Assembly (NCBI GenBank): GCA_035290745.1
Contig: DATDTS010000070.1
Coordinates: forward strand, 1 to 39,429
DNA length: 39,429 nt
Origin: Candidatus Bilamarchaeaceae archaeon
Lineage (GTDB): Archaea; Micrarchaeota; Micrarchaeia; Anstonellales; Bilamarchaeaceae
Direction: 5' to 3'
The notes under the pieces were generated by a model. That model saw only the letters and a list, made by a program, of their open reading frames with translations, was not told the DNA's origin and did not search any database. The position numbers were made by a program, and so were the translations under genes. Shown here piece by piece: positions 33,865 through 39,429 of the stretch. Positions within the stretch are counted from its first letter, which is position 1. Every line of letters begins with the position of its first letter.

Positions 33865-34512
33865 ATGATGGTAGAGACTGCTGAAAAAAAGGATAACATT
33901 TTTGGTGCTATCAACTATTTTGGTTTAGCATTGGATAACTATCAAGATGTCTTCTCTGATTTTGACGAATCTCCTTACAACAAAAGAACAATATCTGATG
34001 ATTTTACTAGAGAGTTAGAAAAGAGATATTATGAGAACAATAAAGGAGAGTTTGAAGTTGTTTTCTCCCTTCCTGAAAAAGTACGTGATAAAAAATTAGA
34101 AGATATGATAAAAAGGAGAATAAAAGATCATTATAAACTAAGAATTGTATCTGTTGATGAACGAGTTAATAACTATAAAAGACACGGTCTTTTTAGAGTT
34201 GGGTTGGGCATAGGTCTCTTACTTTTAGGTGCAGTTCTTGGATATAGCCATCTTGAATCTACTTTAATTGGAAAGATACTCGGAGCCTTGATTATCCCAG
34301 CTGCATGGTTTACAGTTTGGACTGGTTATGATTTTATTTTTGATCGCCCTTTAGATTTTTCTGAAAAAAAAGAGTTTTACACTAAGTTCTATAATGCAAA
34401 ATATTCTTTTGTTTCTGAAGAGCAGATCATTAGTGAGAATGTAGGGACTTCAGATCGAGACAAAGCTCTTCAGAAAACTTTTGAATTATCAAATTTAAAA
34501 AGTGATAAATGA
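33865..34512 (+). CDS. hypothetical membrane protein (two central helices)
   Basis: 215-aa ORF with two adjacent hydrophobic helices (GLFRVGLGIGLLLLGAVLGY, ILGALIIPAAWFTVWTGY). No recognised domain. Confidence 0.45.
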   Translation: MMVETAEKKDNIFGAINYFGLALDNYQDVFSDFDESPYNKRTISDDFTRELEKRYYENNKGEFEVVFSLPEKVRDKKLEDMIKRRIKDHYKLRIVSVDERVNNYKRHGLFRVGLGIGLLLLGAVLGYSHLESTLIGKILGALIIPAAWFTVWTGYDFIFDRPLDFSEKKEFYTKFYNAKYSFVSEEQIISENVGTSDRDKALQKTFELSNLKSDK

Positions 34513-36165
34513 CTAACCTGCTTTTACTTTTTTTAATCTTCTAGCTTCTAATTGATACTGCTTTCCTTGTTTTGCCTTTAGATTAACTGCTTTTGCTATC
34601 ATTCCTGCTACTAAACGGTATCTTTGAACTACTTCATCTCTTTTTTCAGGAAATCTCAAAACATTTATCCTATCTCGCAGAAATCCTGATTCAATCAGTC
34701 GCCTCTCTTGTCTAGTTGTTATATCATTAAAGTCAAGTCCTACTAGACTTGCCAATGCTTTTGGATCATGCATAGCATAAGCTGGTTCCAGGTTAATTGG
34801 ATTTTCAATTAGTCTTCTTACATAAGCAGTTTGTAACTCATCTAATATCGGATGTTTTGCTCCGCTATTAATCAAGTGTTCTTCTCTTGTTAATTTTGGT
34901 ATTAATATTGAATGTCTATTATCCTCCTCAGCTCTTGCTCTCATGCACTCTACATATTCATCTAGTTCATGTACCTTAGATATAGATCTAATATGAATTA
35001 TTTGTGCACCAGTTCCTGTGAAAAAAACAGCTTCTGCTTTGTATAATTCTTCCGGAGGTAAAGATTTATATCTAACCTTTATCCCTCTTTCTTCAAGTGT
35101 TTGAATCATCCTTAGTCTTGTCGTTCCCATTAATGGACCATCACTAAGAGGAGGGGTATAGCAAACATACTTATCTCCCTCTTTAACCATTACAAATAAA
35201 TTTTCCGCGGATCCTTCTACAGCTAAACCACTCCTATTAAGTGCAATGATCTCTCCATACCCTAAAATTACTCCTACATTTATGTTAAGCAGCGAATTGA
35301 TATAATGACCATCTAACTTTCTTCCTGTAAAAAATCCATTACCAATTCTTTCAAATGGACCAATAACTACATCTAATCCAGTTTGGTAATGTTCATCCTT
35401 CAAATATTTACCCCAAGGTTGTGTGCTTACCCCCCAAGCAAACGGTTTTGCAACAAACCTTTCTTCAACGTTGGCTACTGTCGGAACCCCAAGACCTCCT
35501 TCTGAAGATACCCAAAAATGAGGCCGTATATATCCTGATCTAGTCATCAATAATCCTTTTTTGAAATAATCTCTTGAGACAAGTCCGTTTAGAAAAACAA
35601 GTGCTTTTATTGCAGCATCGATCTCAAATGCAGTATACTCCCTAATTTGTCCATCTAAAACAGTTTTTAGTCTCCATGGAAATTCAATTTTTTTTCTTCC
35701 CTCAGGAGTCTCAATATAAAACCAGAGTGTTGGTTCACGTCCTTCTTTTAATGCTTCTGTTATATCTCTAAATATCTCAACATCACTTCTGTGTGGACAT
35801 TCCACGTTTCCTGCGTTTGCATTTGTTAATAGTTGAATTGCAATATCTGGTTCTACCCCAGTAAAACTGAATAGAAATCTTGCAATATTCCAAGAAAGAT
35901 TTGGAAATACTGATCCAAATGGTGAATAATAAACTCTAACTCCTTCAAACCCATCTGCAGAGTAATGAAGTGGGTATGCACTTGTGCTAACTACAGATAG
36001 TTCTGGACGTACAAATCCGTTTAAAAGGCTTGAAAAAACAGCTATAGCTTCTCGATCTGTTGGAAACCTATCAACAGTAATTCCCTCAACTTGTATAATT
36101 CTAGTTTCAGGTAGCTTTTTCTTTTGACCAGTACGCAACAACAAATCTGCATCAAGTCTTTCCAT
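34513..36165 (-). CDS. fold-type IV PLP enzyme (branched-chain/D-amino-acid aminotransferase-like), unusually long at 550 aa
   Basis: BCAT-like blocks: LHYSADGFEGVRVYY, GYIRPHFWVSSEGGLGV, GRKLDGHYINSLL (candidate PLP Lys), EGSAENLFVMVKEGDKYVCYTPPLSDGPLMGTTR, AEAVFFTGTGAQI. There is an insertion of about 100 aa and a C-terminal extension of about 130 aa. Confidence 0.65.
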   Translation of the reverse strand: MERLDADLLLRTGQKKKLPETRIIQVEGITVDRFPTDREAIAVFSSLLNGFVRPELSVVSTSAYPLHYSADGFEGVRVYYSPFGSVFPNLSWNIARFLFSFTGVEPDIAIQLLTNANAGNVECPHRSDVEIFRDITEALKEGREPTLWFYIETPEGRKKIEFPWRLKTVLDGQIREYTAFEIDAAIKALVFLNGLVSRDYFKKGLLMTRSGYIRPHFWVSSEGGLGVPTVANVEERFVAKPFAWGVSTQPWGKYLKDEHYQTGLDVVIGPFERIGNGFFTGRKLDGHYINSLLNINVGVILGYGEIIALNRSGLAVEGSAENLFVMVKEGDKYVCYTPPLSDGPLMGTTRLRMIQTLEERGIKVRYKSLPPEELYKAEAVFFTGTGAQIIHIRSISKVHELDEYVECMRARAEEDNRHSILIPKLTREEHLINSGAKHPILDELQTAYVRRLIENPINLEPAYAMHDPKALASLVGLDFNDITTRQERRLIESGFLRDRINVLRFPEKRDEVVQRYRLVAGMIAKAVNLKAKQGKQYQLEARRLKKVKAG

Positions 36166-36287
36166 AACTATACCTGAGAAGCAACTCCTGTATTTTCTTT
36201 TATTAAATTAGATTTTTAAAGATGTTGTCAAAAGTGTCAGTCAATTGCCGTTTATTTTTTTATGCATATTAGATTAATTCGATATTA

Positions 36288-36947
36288 CTATGCCCATAAT
36301 TCAGTATCTTCTCTCAATTTGCCATCTCCCAAAGAGGAAGGACTACTTAAATCTCCCATCCTCTCAACACTATTCGCTATAACATCCCTGCATCTTCTAC
36401 AATATTCATTACTTCTTAATAATCTTGCAACTATATCAGCCAATCTTTGTTCATGGCTTTGCATAAAACATCCTTCAGTATCGCAATGTGTTGCACCGTA
36501 TAAATGACCTAATTGATGTGATACTACCAATTCAAGTGCTTGTGCCCTTTGACCTTCGTCAAGAGTACTAAAGGCTGTTATAGATAACAATGAACCTACA
36601 CGTGGTTTTTGGAGTCCTATTGTTAAATTTCCACCCTCTTGCGGCAATGCATGTGGACTTAAACCAAGTCCCAAAGCTCTACTTTTTGATCTAAACGCTA
36701 TACTTAATGCTTCTAATACAGTTGGAACAAAGAGCTGTTCTTTTGGTGTACCATCTAATCCATGAGTAATAGCATCAAGTATAAATACTCCAGTTATTAC
36801 GTCTTTTACACCTTTTCTATCTGCTACAGCCGTTTCAACTTGAACACCATATCCTTCAAGTCTTGCCGCCCCTCTCGTTGCAGCTTCTACTAATCGCCTA
36901 TCCATATTTGGTGGATGTAAAATTTTAAGTCTTGTTTTGGTTCCCAT
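36288..36947 (-). CDS. archaemetzincin-like protein with HQxxH in place of HExxH
   Basis: SHQLGHLYGATHCDTEGCFMQ....CRRC matches the archaemetzincin pattern HExxHxxGxxxCxxxxCxM...CxxC, except that Gln (codon CAA) replaces the catalytic Glu. Confidence 0.65.
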   Translation of the reverse strand: MGTKTRLKILHPPNMDRRLVEAATRGAARLEGYGVQVETAVADRKGVKDVITGVFILDAITHGLDGTPKEQLFVPTVLEALSIAFRSKSRALGLGLSPHALPQEGGNLTIGLQKPRVGSLLSITAFSTLDEGQRAQALELVVSHQLGHLYGATHCDTEGCFMQSHEQRLADIVARLLRSNEYCRRCRDVIANSVERMGDLSSPSSLGDGKLREDTELWA

Positions 36948-37065
36948 GTTATTATTTATGTCAGTATATGCTTTTATTCCTTTGCATTTGCCAATCCTTA
37001 TAAATATTTAATTAGCAATAGACTTTTAAAAAAGTTTAATCAATTTTATTTTGGTGAGTGGATAT

Positions 37066-37980
37066 ATGTTAAAGACAGACTGGACAAAAAAACAGATCGT
37101 TATTCTTGCATTTGATCATAGGGGTAGTTTTATGAAAAACCTTTTTGGCATAAAAGGAAGGCCGCCAACTGATGATGAGACAAAGGCAATTTCCGACTAT
37201 AAGATGATTGTTTATCAAGGTTTCAAAAAAGCATTGAAAAATAGTGTATCCAAAGAGGTTGCAGGCATTTTAGTTGATGAACAATTTGGAAAAGAAATTG
37301 CAATAGATGCAAAACAACAAGGAATTAGGTTTGCAATGCCAACTGAAAAATCAGGTCAGGATGAATTTGATTTTGAATACGGTTCTAACTATAAGAAACA
37401 TATTGATGAATTTGAACCAACTTTTGTTAAAGTATTGGTTAGACTAAATCCAGAGGAAGACCCTGAAATGAATAATAGTCAACTTGCTAGGCTAAATGAA
37501 TTAGGTGAATACTTGAAGAAAACAAATAGAGCTTATTTGTTTGAGCTATTAGTTCCTGCAACTGAAGCTCAACTTAAAAGAGTAAATGGAAATAATGATA
37601 AATATGATCTTGAATTAAGGCCAAAGTTAATGGTTCGAGCTATGGACATTATCCAAAAAGCTGGGATTGAACCTGATATTTGGAAATTAGAAGGTGTTGA
37701 TAAACAGGAAGATGCCAAAGCAATTGTTCAACAAGCTCAAAAAGACGGAAGAAAATCAGGTGTTGTGACTTTAGGACGAGGAGCAAATGCTGAAAAAGTT
37801 ACAGAATGGCTAAAAATAGGTGCAAAAATACCTGGAGTTATAGGATTTGCAATTGGAAGAACAATCTTTTGGGATGCATTGTCAGGATTAAGAGAAGGAA
37901 AGCATGATAGAAAAAAAGCAATTGAGATTATTGCTGAAAATTATAAAAAGTTTGTAGATATCTGGGTGCAAAGTAGATGA
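37066..37980 (+). CDS. class I aldolase-fold protein (LacD/tagatose-bisphosphate-aldolase-like, DUF2090-type)
   Basis: VILAFDHRGSF, ILVDEQFG and a TIM-barrel-like pattern. The stop overlaps the glpX start (ATGA). ATG at 37066 preferred. Confidence 0.55.
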   Translation: MLKTDWTKKQIVILAFDHRGSFMKNLFGIKGRPPTDDETKAISDYKMIVYQGFKKALKNSVSKEVAGILVDEQFGKEIAIDAKQQGIRFAMPTEKSGQDEFDFEYGSNYKKHIDEFEPTFVKVLVRLNPEEDPEMNNSQLARLNELGEYLKKTNRAYLFELLVPATEAQLKRVNGNNDKYDLELRPKLMVRAMDIIQKAGIEPDIWKLEGVDKQEDAKAIVQQAQKDGRKSGVVTLGRGANAEKVTEWLKIGAKIPGVIGFAIGRTIFWDALSGLREGKHDRKKAIEIIAENYKKFVDIWVQSR

Positions 37981-38897
37981 ATCTAGAACAATCTCTTGTT
38001 CACGTAACTGAAAAAGCAGCAATTGCATGTTACCCATGGATTGGTAAAAATAATCCTAAAGCTGCTGATAAAGCAGCTGTAGATGCAATGAGAAATGAGT
38101 TCAGCACAATAGCTATTGACGGAACAATTGTAATTGGTGAAGGGGAAAGAGATGAAGCTCCAATGTTATATATTGGTGAGAAAGTAGGCACTGGAAAAGG
38201 TGAATCTTATGATATTGCAGTTGATCCTCTAGAAGGAACAAACCTATGTGCAAACAATCTTCCAAATTCAGTTTCTGTTTTAGCTTTGGCTCCAAAAGGA
38301 ACTTTACTTCATGCTCCTGACACTTATATGGATAAAATAGCAGTTGGTCCAAAGATTGGAAATTCAGTTTCTCTTGAAAATTCCGTTCATGAGAACTTAA
38401 GTATAGTTGCTCAAAAGTTAGGGAAGCCGATTTCAGAAGTTAGGGTCATTATGCTTAAAAGGGATAGACATGATAAATTAGCTAATGAAATAACTAAGAT
38501 TGGGGCGCAAATAACTGTTATTCCAGATGGTGATGTTTTTGGTGCTGTTTCAACTTTATGGGGCAAAAATGACGTTCTTTTAGGCATAGGAGCAGCACCA
38601 GAAGGTGTTTTAGCTGCAGCTGCTTTGAGGCCCTTAAATGGTTATATGGAAGGGAAACTCAAATTCAGGAATGAAGATGAACACAGACGTGCAATTTCTT
38701 ATGGGCTTTCAGATCCTGAAAAACTTCTTAGAATTAATGATCTTGTTAAAACAAATAATTCTATTTTTGTTGCAACTGGAGTTACTGATGGGGATTACCT
38801 TAAAGGGGTAAAAATTGAAAAAGGGTTAGTTTACACTAATTCTGTTTTGATTAATAAAAAAGGTTATAAATTTATAGAAAATATAGTAAAAAATTAG
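37977..38897 (+). CDS. glpX: fructose-1,6-bisphosphatase class II (GlpX)
   Basis: Motifs AAIACYPWIGKNNPKAADKAAVDAMR, GEGERDEAPMLYIGEKVG, DIAVDPLEGT and ATGVTDGD. Confidence 0.85.
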   Translation: MNLEQSLVHVTEKAAIACYPWIGKNNPKAADKAAVDAMRNEFSTIAIDGTIVIGEGERDEAPMLYIGEKVGTGKGESYDIAVDPLEGTNLCANNLPNSVSVLALAPKGTLLHAPDTYMDKIAVGPKIGNSVSLENSVHENLSIVAQKLGKPISEVRVIMLKRDRHDKLANEITKIGAQITVIPDGDVFGAVSTLWGKNDVLLGIGAAPEGVLAAAALRPLNGYMEGKLKFRNEDEHRRAISYGLSDPEKLLRINDLVKTNNSIFVATGVTDGDYLKGVKIEKGLVYTNSVLINKKGYKFIENIVKN

Positions 38898-39133
38898 TTA
38901 AGCCTTTTTCTCTGCTTCATTTTTTTTGTGCAGATTCTAATCAAACTATTTACCTTTTTTCTTGATTCTTCATCCAAATCTCTTCCTGATAATTTGGTCA
39001 ATTGGATTGAAATCTCTTGTACTGCTTGTGGAGTTTGTGCTCCTGTAAAACAGTTTGAATAATACTCGAGATCTTGAGCCAATTTCCTTCTTAGCATTCC
39101 AGCAGTCATTCTTCTCATATTAAACCCTCCCAC
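38894..39133 (-). CDS. small basic hypothetical protein
   Basis: Track ORF only. The likely start is the internal ATG (MRRMTAGM..). No motif recognised. Confidence 0.3.
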   Translation of the reverse strand: MGGFNMRRMTAGMLRRKLAQDLEYYSNCFTGAQTPQAVQEISIQLTKLSGRDLDEESRKKVNSLIRICTKKMKQRKRLN

Positions 39134-39261
39134 ATAAAAATTTCAGTCTTATTTATTCTTTTCAGAATATTTTAGATCAAATCTTATAAGCTATAATGTC
39201 AGATGCTTACAATTTATGTATATCTATTATATCCTTTATCCTTTAAATACCTTTTGTTGTC

Positions 39262-39307
39262 GCAGAAGGTGGCTAAAAGATGTAAGTACAACTCCTTCTG
39301 CTTTTTT
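39262..39307 (+). terminator. hairpin (8-bp stem GCAGAAGG/CCTTCTGC, 24-nt loop) followed by T6
   Basis: Seen directly in the sequence. It lies about 400 nt downstream of glpX in an AT-rich non-coding stretch, so which transcript it would end is unclear. Confidence 0.3.
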
Positions 39308-39429
39308 ATAAGTTATTTATAGTCATTTATGTTTAAAATATCTTCGTAGTACTCTTTTTTATGATGCATTTGCCTAAAGATGAAAAACCAGTTAGCCAGA
39401 TTATCAAAAATGTTACAATTCCTCACTGT

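Noticed and set aside
39368-39429. Start of a plus-strand ORF at the right window edge (ATGATGCATTTGCCTAAAGATG..)
   Set aside because: Only about 20 codons are visible, which is too short to support a call.

Overview
Low-GC, densely coding archaeal chromosomal segment. Archaeal assignment rests on aEF-1beta, Spt5/NusG, SecE/Sec61gamma, Cbf5, RpoD, the S13-S4-S11-RpoD and S12-S7 clusters, an archaeal-type CMP kinase and interrupted tRNA genes. GGTGA-type ribosome-binding sites sit 5-8 nt before many starts. Most protein genes are ordinary housekeeping. They include a citrate module (aconitase, aspartate kinase, isocitrate dehydrogenase, two-subunit ATP-citrate lyase), a cation/proton antiporter, ThiI, GlyA, Dus, FtsZ, anaerobic ribonucleotide reductase NrdD/NrdG, a wHTH-PAS regulator, a SufS-like cysteine desulfurase, and a GlpX plus class I aldolase pair. 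The unusual content is mostly RNA and repeats. (1) Two GC-rich regions that the ORF track covers with overlapping ORFs (17351-17644 minus strand, 27381-27709 plus strand) read better as class II tRNA genes: Ser-like with anticodon GGA, and Leu with anticodon GAG. Each is interrupted by several long structured insertions. (2) Each of these two genes is preceded by a 39-nt minihelix plus an 11-nt spacer. The 25-nt core of the minihelix is conserved between the loci, while its 7-nt flanks copy the acceptor-stem strands of the tRNA that follows. (3) nrdD is split inside its C-terminal CxxC, and the glycyl-radical segment is a separate 45-codon ORF that the ORF track missed. (4) A hairpin family (GTGAAC-GTA-GTTCAC and ATTGAAC-N3-5-GTTCAAT) recurs at the nrdD split, in a 67/68-bp tandem repeat that re-copies the last codons of aclA, and in or near the interrupted tRNAs. 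(5) A third tRNA, Arg(GCG), carries a roughly 41-nt insertion at a non-canonical position. Other points: an archaemetzincin-like protein has HQxxH instead of HExxH, a 760-aa orphan sits where ribosomal protein genes usually follow nusG, and there is an unusually long class IV aminotransferase-like protein. All RNA models are hand-folded without covariance models. Exon boundaries and the Ser anticodon call are provisional.
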